The notes under the pieces were generated by a model that saw only the letters and a program-made list of their open reading frames with translations, was not told where the DNA came from and did not search any database. 64,000 nt of DNA from Fistulifera solaris (taxonomy: Eukaryota): contig AP026125.1 in assembly GCA_030295235.1 (NCBI GenBank), positions 806,001-870,000 of the forward strand, in the 5' to 3' direction. Position numbers and translations under genes: made by a program. This document shows positions 1 through 12,305 of the stretch, piece after piece; the first letter of the stretch is position 1; every line of letters starts with the position of its first letter.

Positions 1-726
1 TGCAAAGTCTCTTGATTGGGCCGACTGAAGCACCGAAATAACGGTCCAACTGCGAGCAATCTTTCTGATTTCTTTTAGGGCTTTTAGGCCCCCTAGCCAC
101 AGGCCAGGCCATACTTCCGCCAATTCTGTCGTGTTATAATCTTCGTTTGCTGAGTGGATAATCGACATCGTCGATTGATTGCATGTGTCGAAGGAGAAAA
201 CGATGTTTTCGTCGATCATCATCTCATCACCGACGCTTTTTCTTGTTTGTCTCGCAGACCTCAGACGTGCAGAAGGAGAGTGCGGCCACGATAAGGTTAG
301 AAATGATACTCTGTCGATAAAGGATCTCGATCCCTCTTCGTGGTTCACCGTGCTCCTTAGTGGTTCTATTTCCGTTCGACCATGAAGGAATTAAGTTGAT
401 AAAACACTACCAGTACAAGAGGTATATGGACCTCTTGAAACACTAAATCAAAGTCACTTCAAGAAAAGTAGCAAGAGGGCTTTCCTCGCTAAACGAAATG
501 ACTCATGACTTAATCCAGTCGTGACAAAAGGTCGTCTTCACTTTGGGGTTATAGTAAATCAAAGTGTAAAAGGATCTCGAAGGCTTTCCCACGCAGCAAA
601 TGCAGTAATGCATCTCAAAAAATGCGAATCGCTAGTACAATGCTTCAACAATATTACATTTTCTTATTTCCGTTCATGGAGCTATGTGTTGTCAATGCAA
701 TCCATTTCGGTGTTTGGATTATGACA

Positions 727-1071
727 CAGCCGGCAATGTCTTCGATTCCTGACCTTCATGTTTTTACTATGGTCCAAACAGTTGGTTGTACCAATCCACG
801 ACTGGATTTCAGTCATGAGACTGCATCGATCCTTTTGTACAGGCAGCCCGCAGCGCAAATTTTTTGTCTTTTTCGCGTTTAACTATAGTCTCGTTATAAT
901 AATAGATCTAAAGCTAATTAAGCTCTCACCTTAGAATTTCGCGCAATTGCGATTTCAGCCGGCAATGTCTTCGAGTCCTGACCTTCATGTTTTTACTATC
1001 ATCCAGACAGTTGGTTGTACCAATCCACGACTGGATTTCGTCATGACATGAGACGCATCGATCCTTTTGTA
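727..1071. repeat. Direct duplication of a ~115-bp segment (727-840 and 956-1071), period ~229 bp
   Basis: Both copies read cagccggcaatgtcttcga-tcctgaccttcatgtttttactat...gttggttgtaccaatccacgactggatttc...catcgatccttttgtac. Confidence 0.9.
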
Positions 1072-1638
1072 CTGGTAGTCTACAAGTAGTCTACATGCAG
1101 CCTGCGGCGCGAAAAAAGCTGCGGCTAGAGTGGTAATAACGCAGAGAAAAGCATACTCGGAGATCTGTGGATTCATCAGAGCGCGCATGAGTCTTTCTCT
1201 GGTTCGGACGGTTAGTATGCTTCTCCGGAATCCAAGAGAAGGAATGTCAAGACGATTTCCTCCTCATTGGGAAACGGGTTCTGGACTTGCCCTCTACTAG
1301 CACCAGGGCTCTAGGGCTCTAGAACTTTTATACTTGGCAAAGTTCCAGATCGAAATCGGGGTATTTGGAAAAAAAGTCGAATGTCAAAATTGCATTCGAA
1401 CTCCAGGAAAATTAGGAATAAATATTTTTTTTAAAAAAAAGTGCTTTGTGCGCAATAATATTCGAAAACGTGAATTCGCCTGTGCGACATTTACGGGATG
1501 CGAGAGCGAGAAAGCAAGAAAGATGATGAATGAATGAATTGAATGGCAGTTGAGATTATACCTGGTATTTTTATATTAGTCCTGTCCAAGCTGGAGGGAA
1601 TCACACAACAGAAAAAGCGCGTTACCGCTTCTGTTATC

Positions 1639-2547
1639 ATGAACTCCTTCTGCACGGCCGTCCTTCTATCAATCCTGCTGCTTGTTCATCCCGCTGGAGC
1701 GTTTGTGCTACAGGGAAAGAACCTCCAACGCCCGACGGATCATCAATCATCATTCGCTCTTTTCTCGGCACGTCGCCCTGTGATAGCGGGAAACTGGAAA
1801 TTGAACCCTAAAAGTATCGCGGAGGCATCTCAATTACTCAAGCTTTTGCATGCAAACTTTGTTAATCATCGCACTCCAGCTCAACTGGACGTCGAAGTTG
1901 TTGTCTTTCCTCCTTTCCCTTTCCTTCTGGAAGCTCTCTTGGTGCTGCAAGGTTCTGGAATTAAGGTCGGAGCGCAGAATGTTGCGCTTCAGACATCAGG
2001 AGCATATACTGGCGAAGTTTCCGCTCCCATGGTGAGATCCATTGGCGTTGACTATGTCATGCTCGGACATTCGGAACGTCGGGCTATCTTTGGCGAGTCG
2101 GATGCTGACATCAACAAGAAATTACACCTCTGTTTAGCGGAACCAGGTCTTGGTGTCATTCTCTGTGTCGGGGAGACAGAAGATGAATACGAGAGCAAGC
2201 TACTGGCTAGTGTTTGTGACGTTCAAATTCGAAAAGGTTTGAAAGGAGTAAGCATCAGTGACCTCAGTCGCATTATCATCGCCTACGAGCCTGTTTGGGC
2301 CATCGGAACAGGGAAAGTTGCAACACCCGAGCAAGCGCAGGTAGCGCATACTGTCATTCGGAACACTTTAACTGATATGTACGGATATCAAGCAGCCGAT
2401 AGTGTTCGAATTCAATACGGGGGGAGTGTGAATCCTGAGAATGTCGATTCACTGATGAGTATGCCAGATGTTGACGGCGCACTGGTTGGTGGAGCATCAC
2501 TTACGGCCGACGCGTTCACCAGAATTGTGGATGGGGCTATACATTGA
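1639..2547 (+). CDS. TPI: Triosephosphate isomerase, probably plastid-targeted
   Basis: AGNWK, GHSERR, AYEPVWAIGTG, YGGSV and GALVGGASL motifs. Likely start MNSFC at 1639 gives a signal peptide ending AGA-F, the diatom bipartite pattern. Confidence 0.95.
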   Translation: MNSFCTAVLLSILLLVHPAGAFVLQGKNLQRPTDHQSSFALFSARRPVIAGNWKLNPKSIAEASQLLKLLHANFVNHRTPAQLDVEVVVFPPFPFLLEALLVLQGSGIKVGAQNVALQTSGAYTGEVSAPMVRSIGVDYVMLGHSERRAIFGESDADINKKLHLCLAEPGLGVILCVGETEDEYESKLLASVCDVQIRKGLKGVSISDLSRIIIAYEPVWAIGTGKVATPEQAQVAHTVIRNTLTDMYGYQAADSVRIQYGGSVNPENVDSLMSMPDVDGALVGGASLTADAFTRIVDGAIH

Positions 2548-2687
2548 AAGCTCTGCTTGCGTACTAATTTAATGACAATTACCAAATTGTTCTATGAAGC
2601 GAAAATCCATCTATAATTTGCTTGTGATTATTGTTGTTTTTTATCTAGGAACTCACTTACCTTGTCATCCCTTATTGGCTCTCTCGT

Positions 2688-4456
2688 CTATGCTTCTTTC
2701 ACTCCCTCTCCTTCATTTTCCTCCTCATCACTGTCTTGAGCACCGTCGCCTTCTGGAATTTGGTATTCCATTGCGATATCCCAACGAGAGCCAGGAGCTC
2801 GGCTACTGACGTATTTGACAAAACGCATTGTCCCCGTGTCTCGCAAGACAAGTGACAAAGTGTTATTGTTAGCTGAAACACTCAAGAGTTCGCCACCATC
2901 TTCATCGGCTGGATTGTACTCCTCGTCAACTCCTTCTTCTTCGTCTGCTTCGATGTAACACTCGAAGCCACCAACATTTCCCGACTCCCATGATTCATCT
3001 TCTTCGTCCTCAATTGGACTTTCGATATCATCTTTGCTTCCTTCCATTGTTGTTGATATCGCATCACGCACAGGACTATTCACCACAAAACACATCGTGG
3101 CATCCAACACGGGGGTTCATCTTGCCCCAACAACAAGCCATGGTGTGCTACTGTGTAATCGAGTCCGGGACGAAACCGTCGCGTTTTACCTCGGTACGCG
3201 GTTGGCGGTGTCAAATTGGTCACAGCAGCCAGCCATCGCCCAAACTGCGGCGACTGCAGCACTTCCGACCGTAATTGGGATAATTTGGACCCTAGCGTAT
3301 CTTTCGAATCGGGTCCAGCAATACATTCTAGATGGCGTTGCTTGTGAGGAGGTCCCACCAACTTCCACTCCTGTGTTACGCCCCTGGAATAGGAAGAAGA
3401 TTTCAAAGCAATATCTGCAGCTTTCAGTTCTTCCTGCGAAGGAATCACATCCGACCGGAAAAAGTTTTGAAGTTGGACTGCGGACTCGTCTTGAAAAGCA
3501 TCATTGATCTGTTTGATCTCGGAAGGTTGAATGTAAGTCGCGTCAAGGTAGTTGGCCAGGTAGTCGAGATCTTCTTTCGTTAAAGATGCATCAGCTGACG
3601 TTTCAACGTCAGTACTTTCGACCAAAGGCTCGTACGGCCCGTCTCCTGTACTGTCATCATCGTCTTCTCCTTTGACCTGTTTGAGCATTTGCAGAGTAGG
3701 CATGTGCTGATGGTGCATTTGCGAAGGATCTTTGTAATGATACCAACCCTGTAAACTTAGTCTGGGTCTCGATCCAAATACTTCTTGTACCGCATGAAAG
3801 GAAACTCCTGGTTCTACTTTGAACATTGCTAGATGGTTCCTCAACGGGCGATGAACCTTGGAGGGTATCGCATCGGGTATTTTCTTGGCTTCTCCTTCTT
3901 TCGACGGATACAGTTCTAACGCCCCACCTTCTTCTTCCGTCCAATCTTCTTCGGTCAAATACAAAATATAGGAAAGACAACGTGTGGTGATGACATCGTC
4001 ATGACACAACAAGTGGCATCCGGTCGTATGGCAGTTACAAGCACAATCCACCCGATCCGCCAGAGTATCGCGCGGCAAACCGGCGACATCCTCCATAAAG
4101 TGACGCCATTCCGTACTGTACAGCAGATCGCGCAACTGCAGAACCGGTCCGCTCGATTGGAGGTTGGCCAAATCAATGGATTGATAGAACTTGAACAAAT
4201 CACTTTCCTTGAATGTCATGGAAGAATTCTGCTTAATTTCTTCAACGACTTGATCCAGAAAGACCGTATCGAATAGATGGGGCAAGATCACATGCGGATA
4301 TGGCGTGTTGGAAGTATATTCCGTAGCGAATTTGTCGCGTTGCGATAAGATGGTAGCCGATATCGGGGCGAGAGGATCTTCGGTTTTGGCTTTCTTCGGT
4401 GCCGGCTTGACTTGATCCTCGACCGCTGCTTCCGACGATGATTCTTGGTTTGTCAT
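2688..4456 (-). CDS. OGFOD1: OGFOD1/Tpa1-type prolyl 3-hydroxylase (2OG-Fe(II) oxygenase); apparent frameshift near 3110
   Basis: PYPH, KESDLFKFYQSIDL, CHDD, YILYL, GGALELY, FHAV..V, RLSLQGWYH, RRFRPGLDYT motifs, continuing into the 2688-3110 ORF (LDATMCF..GGFECYI..LSLVLRD.GTMRFVKYVS..A..SRWD). Confidence 0.88.
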
Positions 4457-4921
4457 TTTAAAAGTAGCAATACCCTTACTTGTTAGAAAGAGTTTAAACG
4501 GAGTAGTAATTGCAATCGGATTGTATGGAGCCAACAAAAAGACGAAAGATTTTTTTCTTTTTGGTTCGGATCGTCGGCTGCATGCGAAAAATTGGATGGC
4601 TCGTGACAAACGGGACCGTAGGGTCACGGTATGGACGTCAGTAGATTTCCGTTCGACAAAAGGTATGATGACGCGGTCGTATCTGGGGACAATCTACGAT
4701 GACATAAAACGTCATGTAAGATCGCATATTGTCATTTGTGTAGGTTTTAACGCCTTGCTTGTCCTTGCGGTTTTGCTTTCGCTCCGTCTGAGATATGCTG
4801 CGACGCGAACCTTCTCTCCTGCTTCGACCAGCGGATCTTCCCTTTTGCGTTCTTTCCTCGGCATTTCATTGTGGCTTTCGGGCGGTGACTGTAGTTCTCA
4901 ACATAATAATTATTCATCAAT

Positions 4922-6886
4922 ATGCTTTCATCTGCTTCCAAACGTTTCGCTTTGCACCAAGTCGTATCGAAGCAGGCCAACCGATGCCTTTCGACGATGA
5001 AAGGCGATTACACGGTCGTCGATCACACGTACGATGCCGTAGTCGTAGGGGCGGGTGGGTCTGGTTTGCGTGCGGCGATGGGTTTGAGTGAAGCCGGTTT
5101 CAAGACAGCCTGTGTGACCAAATTGTTCCCCACGCGCAGTCACACGGTCGCCGCGCAAGGAGGCATTAATGCGGCACTCGGAAACATGACGGAAGACGAT
5201 TGGCGCTGGCATATGTACGATACGGTCAAGGGAAGTGACTGGTTGGGTGATCAAGATGCGATTCATTACATGTGTAGAGAAGCACCCAAGGCAGTGTTAG
5301 AACTAGAAGAATTTGGTATGCCTTTTTCACGTACGGAAGAAGGAAAGATCTATCAACGTGCTTTCGGGGGACAGTCATTGAAATTTGGAAAGGAGGTCAA
5401 GCGTACCGCTGTGCTGCAGCTGCCGATCGAACGGGCCATGCCATGTTGCACACACTTTACGGAAGATCCCTGGCTTTTGATACAACTTATTTCATTGAAT
5501 ACTTTGCATTAGACCTTTTGATGGATGACAACGGAGCTTGCGTCGGGGTAATTGTTCTTAACATGGAAGACGGCTCGATTCATCGCATTCATGCGAAAAA
5601 TACGGTTCTGGCTACGGGTGGATACGGTCGTGCCTACTTCTCCTGTACTTCGGCACACACTTGCACTGGAGATGGGAACGCGATGGCGTTACGAAAGGGT
5701 TTGTCGAATCAAGACAACGAGTTTGTACAGTTTCATCCGACCGGAATTTACGGAGCTGGTTGTCTCATGACCGAAGGTTGCCGTGGAGAAGGAGGTATCT
5801 TGCGGAACTCGGAGGGTGAACGATTCATGGAGCGATATGCTCCGTCGGCTAAAGATTTGGCCAGTCGTGATGTTGTGAGTCGAGCCATGACGATGGAGAT
5901 TCGTGAAGGACGCGGTGTTGGACCCAAGAAGGACCACGTAAGTTCAATCGCGATGGTGTCATTGGATCTTCGAATTTGATTTACAAGTCTCACTATCTTT
6001 GCTGCTTGAACAGATTTACTTGCATTTGGACCACCTTCCAGCGGATTTACTTGCACAACGTCTACCTGGAATCAGTGAGACTGCTGCCATCTTTGCCGGC
6101 GTCGATGTTACCAAGGAACCCATCCCTGTTCTTCCGACCGTTCACTACAACATGGGCGGCATTCCCACAAATCATCACGGAGAAGTTATCAAAACCGTAT
6201 TTGAGAGCAAGGGTAACTTCGTAGGGGATGGAATCGTTCCTGGGTTGTTTGCCGCTGGAGAAGTTGCCAGTGCATCCGTACATGGTGCTAACCGCCTTGG
6301 CGCCAACTCGCTCCTAGATATTGTGGTATTCGGTCGCGCTTGTGCCCTTCGTATAGCAGAAACAAGCAAACCGGGTGACAAGATCCCGGACTTGAAGGCG
6401 GATGCTGGGTTCGATAGTATTGAATACCTCGACAATCTACGATACAAAGAAGGTACTTGCACACCATCACAGGTTCGTTCGGAGATGCAGTCCACTATGC
6501 AAGAGCATGCCGCTGTTTATCGTACGACGGAGCTGCTCGAGGAAGGCGCAAAGAAGATTGACGAGGTTGTTAAAAAGTTCGATGATGTTTATGTGACAGA
6601 CAAGTCTCTTATTTGGAATACGGATTTGGTCGAGACACTCGAATTGCGTAACTTATTGGCCTGTGCTTCTACAACCATGCATGGTGCAAACAACCGCAAG
6701 GAGAGTCGTGGTGCTCATGCTCATGAAGACCACCCAAATCGCGACGACGAGAACTGGATGAAACACACTCTTGCATACTTTGATCCAGAAACGGGAAAGA
6801 CTACGTTGAACTACCGTCCTGTGCATAATTTCACACTTGATGAAGAAGAATGCCAAGTGGTTCCTCCAATGGCTCGCGTTTACTAA
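4922..6886 (+). CDS. SDH1: Mitochondrial succinate dehydrogenase flavoprotein subunit; intron 5938-6013; apparent 1-nt deletion near 5390
   Basis: [40 protein letters not shown] and ESRGAH motifs. GT-AG intron joins KKDH/IYLHL. Confidence 0.97.
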
Positions 6887-7316
6887 TTTAGAGTAAGGTC
6901 AAGATAGAATAGTCAGCGTCGAAAATGATTAAACTTTGGACTGCGGCTACATCTTATCTTTCATCGCTCGTTATAGCTGAGGGAACACCTAGCAATAGAA
7001 CAAATGGATAAGCCACCTTGAGTCAAAGTGACAATGATCCTAGTCTCTAGCATCACTTCCCCGCATTTTTCTGGAAACCTTTTTCGACGGTCATTATTTT
7101 CGGTCACAAAGACCACTGGGTGTACTTATTCGCGGATACTTCGGATCAGCAACAAGAGGCACTTTTGCCTTCACACTTTTTTCAACAACTTTCCGCCTTT
7201 TTCCGTCTATCAGGAAAGGTCTTGGGACGATATCCTTTCAAGCTCGAAAGTCAAGAAAATAACAAGAAGCATTACAAAGCCGGAGAAGCAGTTGAACGAA
7301 TAAAGACCTTACCAAG

Positions 7317-7895
7317 ATGGGATTCAGTGAGGACGAGATCAAAGAGTACCAGGAGCTGTATGAGGCCTTTTCGCAAGATAAGGACGGAAATGATAGAGGT
7401 ACATCCACCTGTCTCTTGCCACCTACTTGTCGTTGTATTCTCACATTGTAACTTTCAGGATACATTGAAGCAAAAGACTTTCGGGAATATGTTCGAATGA
7501 TTGGAGGGAATCCATCGGAGAAGAAATTAGACGAGTGGGTCAAAAAGGTACGTGCGCGAATGGTCGTAATCAATCTTTATTGGCATGGAGACACTATCTA
7601 ATCGAGCTCTTCATCTTCAGGTTGGAAAAAGATCGACTTTCAAACTCTATTGAAATTTATTCCGACAGTTCTAGCGGAAGATAAAGATAGTGTGGAAGAC
7701 TTGATTGAATGCTTCAAAGTATTCGACAAGGACGGTTCTGGCTTTATTAGTATTCAGGAGCTTCGGCACATTTACTGTGGAATGGGTGAGAAGTTCTCGG
7801 ACGAAGAGTTCGCAGAAATGGCAAAAGATATCGACGACGGTAGCGGAATGGTTGCTTATGAGGATTTTGCAAAAGCCATTTTGTCTGGTGCCTAA
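7317..7895 (+). CDS. Myosin light chain-like / calmodulin-superfamily EF-hand protein; introns 7399-7458 and 7548-7620; apparent 1-nt deletion near 7628
   Basis: Spliced reading MGFSEDEIKEYQELYEAF..GYIEAKDFREYVRMIGGNPSE..IDFQTLL..FKVFDKDGSGFISIQELRHIYCGMGEKFSDEE..YEDFAKAILSG. Most EF loops are degenerate. Confidence 0.75.
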
Positions 7896-8220
7896 GAATA
7901 TCCAGGATTTTTTCTGCACCAACTACTGATTCCAGCTCGACAAGCTCAGAGAATAAAGTCACAACGCAACGGACCTTTTTGATAGTCATCTTTAAATTAG
8001 GCCTACCTTTATCTTAGATGCGAAAGAAGGATGGTTAGAAGTAAAATTTTACATTTTACAAACTAAAAAGTTCTCAGTTAGAACTAAATGCCACAACTTG
8101 AATATGGGGCATCGCTATCATAGCCCCTAGCCGTAAAAACCGACATCTCGCATAAAAACGGCTGACGTTAGATGTCTAGAGTCGATCTTAAACGTGACTC
8201 AATAACGGTGATGAATAAAT

Positions 8221-8780
8221 CGGTGTTTGCGATAATGAACATGCAGAAATTCTGTGGATGGTCCAGAAATTCTGGACCGTCGGCGTCTTCGGTCATACAG
8301 AAATTCTGTGATTGTCGTTCCAAAAATTCTGGTTTCGGTGTTTGTGATCATGAACTTGCAGAAATTCTGTGGTTGGTCCAGAACTTCTGGACCATTGGTG
8401 TCTTCGGTCATACAGAAATTCTGTGATTGTCGTTCCAAAAATTCTGGTTTCGGTGTTTGTGATCATGAACTTGCAGAAATTCTGTGGTTGGTCCAGAACT
8501 TCTGGACCATTGGTGTCTTCGGTCATACAGAAATTCTGTGGTCGTCGTTCCAGAAATTCGTTCGCAATCATGAACTTGCAGAAATTCTGTGGTTGTTCCA
8601 GAAATTCTGGACAATAGGTGTCCGGTCATACAGAAATTCTGTGGTCGTCGTTCCAGAAATTCTGGAATCGGTGTTTGCGACCATGAACTTGCAAAAATTC
8701 TGTGGATGGTCCAGAAATTCAGGACCACCGGTGTGTCCGGTCATACAGAAATTCTGTGGTTGTCGTTCCAGAAATTATGG
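8221..8780. repeat. Tandem array of ~5 units of ~105-115 bp with repeated CAGAAATTCTG submotifs
   Basis: Unit anchors at 8244, 8359, 8474, 8579, 8692 (spacings 115, 115, 105, 113). Confidence 0.95.
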
Positions 8781-9079
8781 AAGAATGAATCATAAAACAT
8801 AGACTATGAACTATTGTTTGTACAGCAACAATGATCAATACACAGACAACTCTTTCAGAAGTTCTGCAATTATAAGCTTTGTTTGCAATATGATGAACGC
8901 TTCAAATGAAAATGAAGATTGATTAGTGAGTATAGTATTTCAAACAGTTGGAGCGATTTCTTTACGGCAGGCAAGACACTATAGTCCGTGACTCACCTGC
9001 TCGATTTTTGACGACCTCGTTGCAGAACCCAAAAATCTAAACGGTAAATTTTGTAGAATACTACTAATAACCTTTGCAT

Positions 9080-10335
9080 GACCCTTGTTGTTCGGTTCAT
9101 GACTACTATACAATCCAGTCTTGGCTAGAGTAAAGCAACACTCCGTTCTATAGTGGAAATTCATCTTCTCGATCCTCGGATTTTCGACTTGAAAAAGGAA
9201 CTCTTAAAAAGTCATTCAATATCATCATTGCTGCGACGTTAGTTACCCGTAACTAAAAATTTATATTCGCAGTTGAATGACAATGGACGGATGCGAGAGA
9301 CGCATAACGGAACCCTTTGTTGTTCGGTTCATGACTACTGCACAATCCAGTCTTGGCTGGCATAAACTAACACTTTGTTCTATAGTGGAATTTTAAAGGT
9401 GTCGATCTTCTCGGATTTTCGACGTGAAAGAAAAAGGAACTCTTTACATATAGTTCAGACTCATCATTGCTGCAATTTTAGCTACCCGTAACTAAAATTA
9501 TAGTCGCAGTCAAATGATAATGGACGGATGCGAGAGACGCAAAACGGAACCCTTAGTTGTTCGGTTCACGAGTACTGCACAATCCAGAGTTGGCTGGCGT
9601 AAACTAACACTCCGTTTCATAGTGGAAATTCAAGGTGTCGATCCTCGGATTATTGCGACGTGAAAATAAAAGAAACTCTTAACAAGTCATTCAGAATCAT
9701 CATTGTTGCAAGTTTATTCACCCGTAATCATAAACATAATCGCAGTCGAATGACAATGGACGGATGCGAGAGACGCAAAACGGAACCCTTTGTTGTTCGG
9801 TTCATGACTACTGCACAATCCAGTCTTGGCTGGCGTAAACTAACACTCCGTTTCATAGTGGAAATTCAAGGTGTCGATTCTCGGATTTTCGACGTGAAAA
9901 AAAGGAACTCTTTACATATAGTTCAGACTCATCATTGCTGCAACTTTAGCTACCCGTAACTAAAATTATAGTCGCAGTCAAATGATAATGGACGGATGCG
10001 AGAGACGCAAAACGAAACCCTTTGTTGTTCGGTTCACGACTACTGCACAATCCAGTCTTGGCTGGCGTAAACTAACACACCGTTTCAAAGTGGAAATTCA
10101 AGGTGTCGATCCTCGGATTATTTCGACGTGAAAATAAAAGAAACTTTTAACAAGTCATTCAGAATCATCATTGTTGCAAGTTTATTCACCCGTAATCATA
10201 ATCATATTCTCAGTCGAATGACAATGGACGGATGCGAGAGACGCATAACGGAACCATTTGTTGTTCGGTTCATGACTACTGCACAATCCAGTCTTGGCTG
10301 GCGTAAATTAACACTTTGTTCCATAGTGGAATTTT
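9080..10335. repeat. Tandem array of ~5.3 units of ~235 bp with A/B alternation
   Basis: Anchor atggacggatgcgagagacgc at 9283, 9520, 9756, 9988, 10224. Confidence 0.95.
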
Positions 10336-10444
10336 ACCGTTCAGATTATTCATGCAGAACCCGCCGCTCGTTCTCATTGCGTTCGAAATGATTGCCTTTG
10401 TTGAAATCGATAAGCCTACAAATTCTGTATAAACGAGGCATTAA

Positions 10445-12305
10445 ATGTTGATTCATATTCAAATCTATTCGACCGAGTGGACACGAGGAGAACCGCCGCA
10501 GCAAGAATTTCATGCATCTCTGGCGACAAGCAAGAGCAATGATCATTTCCTCACCATTGGACGAAAGGAAGGGGATATTTTACTTACCGACAAGAGCGTA
10601 TCGCGCGAACATGTCATCTTGAAAGTGGCGAGTACAATAAATAGAGAAAAGACTTATTTGGCATCCACTCCGGAAGAGAAAGCCGCTTGCGAAGAGGACG
10701 ATGACGGGCTGTGTTTAGTGCTTCACAACGTGGGTAAGCTGGGAACTTATTTGGCCACGGAAGAAGACCGAGAGCACATTTCTGTAAATAAGAACGGAGG
10801 AGATTCTTCCGGAACGGACGAGACGGACGACGAAGAAGCGATCAAGGCGTCACAAAAAGATCAAAACCCTGTAACGGTGTCAGCGGCTACAAAACAATTC
10901 TTTCCCGGCAAAGCGATCCGTCTTAAAGAAATTACGTCGCCTCTTGTCTTAGAAGCTTTATCAAAGAGCGACGGGCGAGTTGTACTTCAATGTGGGAAGC
11001 TGGGAACGACAATTGTCTTGACGCGAAAAGTAATAGAAGTTTTGGTTTCCGGAACGGGTCCTCACGGTTACTCGGACTGGAAGAAAGCAAACTTTTATAA
11101 GCTAGGCTTACGACAATCCAGCCGATTCGTCCTTGGGCGTACCAGCATGGTTCTCAGTCAAAAAGAAAATTAAGTCTACATCAGGTTTCTGCGTGGTCTC
11201 GGAATCTTCCCATTGTGACCTTCGATTATCTATACGCCTACGCCAACGCCAGAAAGTATCTAACAGACCCGCTCTTTCCATTGAATCCAAAAGATTACGA
11301 ACCAGCAGCAGATGAGCACCAGTTTTGGGGTAATGTGGCTGATCCCAAGCTCTTGTCTTCGTGTACATTGCTGAGTACAGCAGAAAGTGACATGGAAACG
11401 CTGGCCGAAGCCGCGGGAGCCACAGTCGAAAAGCTTTACGACGAGGGTTCGAAAACCAGCACTGCAGAGATGATAAAGCGTGCGCAGCTGATATTGGATT
11501 CGACTCTCACTGTTTTGGTCTTATCGAAAAAAGACCAAAAAAGATTGATACTGAATTACGATCAAAAGCGGAGTTGCGACTCGTGAAGTCAGAGGACTTC
11601 GTAAGTGCCATCATGGAACAAGTGCTTCCGAGAGACACAGAAGGGGAAGTGGTTGGTCGCGTGAAAGCCAAACGTGTTTTGTCGGACGTAAATATGGTGG
11701 AGAACGAAGAACTGTCTCCTGTGAAGGAAGCTGAAACTGATGTAACAGAAGTCGCGGATGATAACGACCCTACTGCACCGCCATTAGAAGCCGATGACGC
11801 AATTATGATGCAAGACGATTCGGATCATCATTCCCTACCGAAATCGCCATCAAGGGACGAGACGGACAGCGTGGCAGCACCAAGTAAAGCCACGGAATCA
11901 AGGTCGGCAAGCCCTGCACCTAAACGTAGAAAGATTGCAACAGCCAGCGGTAAAGGCTGGTTCCGTGCAGCTCCGTTGGATCGCAGTGCCTACATTAGTT
12001 CAAAAGACACCAATCTTGCTGATCCCGACTCCCCGGTAGCGGTGGCTTTGACCGATATTTGCACGGATTTGATTCTACCAAATAAGAACAAGGGACCATC
12101 ACGCAATGCAAGAATTACCAGCGGTCCAGACTTTCGTGCTTTTCGCAAAAACCGCATCTTATCCGTTCCTACCCATTCGCAAATTGAGCTTCGGTCGGTT
12201 CTTCCGCGAGAAGTAGATCAATTGATAGAAGACTATGAGGAACAAGAGGTTTCCTTGGCACAGCAAAGAATGCGCACGGACGATTTATTCAGAGATGCAA
12301 GCTAA
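10445..12305 (+). CDS. NBS1: Nibrin/NBS1-like protein (FHA, BRCT-like region, Mre11- and ATM-binding motifs); apparent frameshifts near 11165 and 11540
   Basis: N-terminal FHA (IGRKEGDILLTDKSVSREH), DFRAFRKN resembling NFKxFxK, and an acidic C-terminus ending DDLFR. Confidence 0.75.

Noticed and set aside
75..100. TTAGGG/CCCTAG-like motifs here and near 1310, 8125 and 54261 as telomere or transposon termini
   Set aside because: Isolated short matches with no array, paired TIRs, TSD or Helitron hairpin that I could establish.
4922..6886. SDH1 and other frameshifted genes as pseudogenes or programmed frameshifts
   Set aside because: Single indels in homopolymers without other decay; assembly error is simpler.
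8172..8802. ORFs with repeated QKFC/AEILW peptides, or a CRISPR-like array
   Set aside because: These are translations of a tandem DNA repeat in many frames. There are no unique spacers and no cas genes, and the context is eukaryotic.
9660..10391. Two near-identical ORFs MKIKET...
   Set aside because: By-products of the 235-bp satellite; non-ATG starts and frames not kept in other units.
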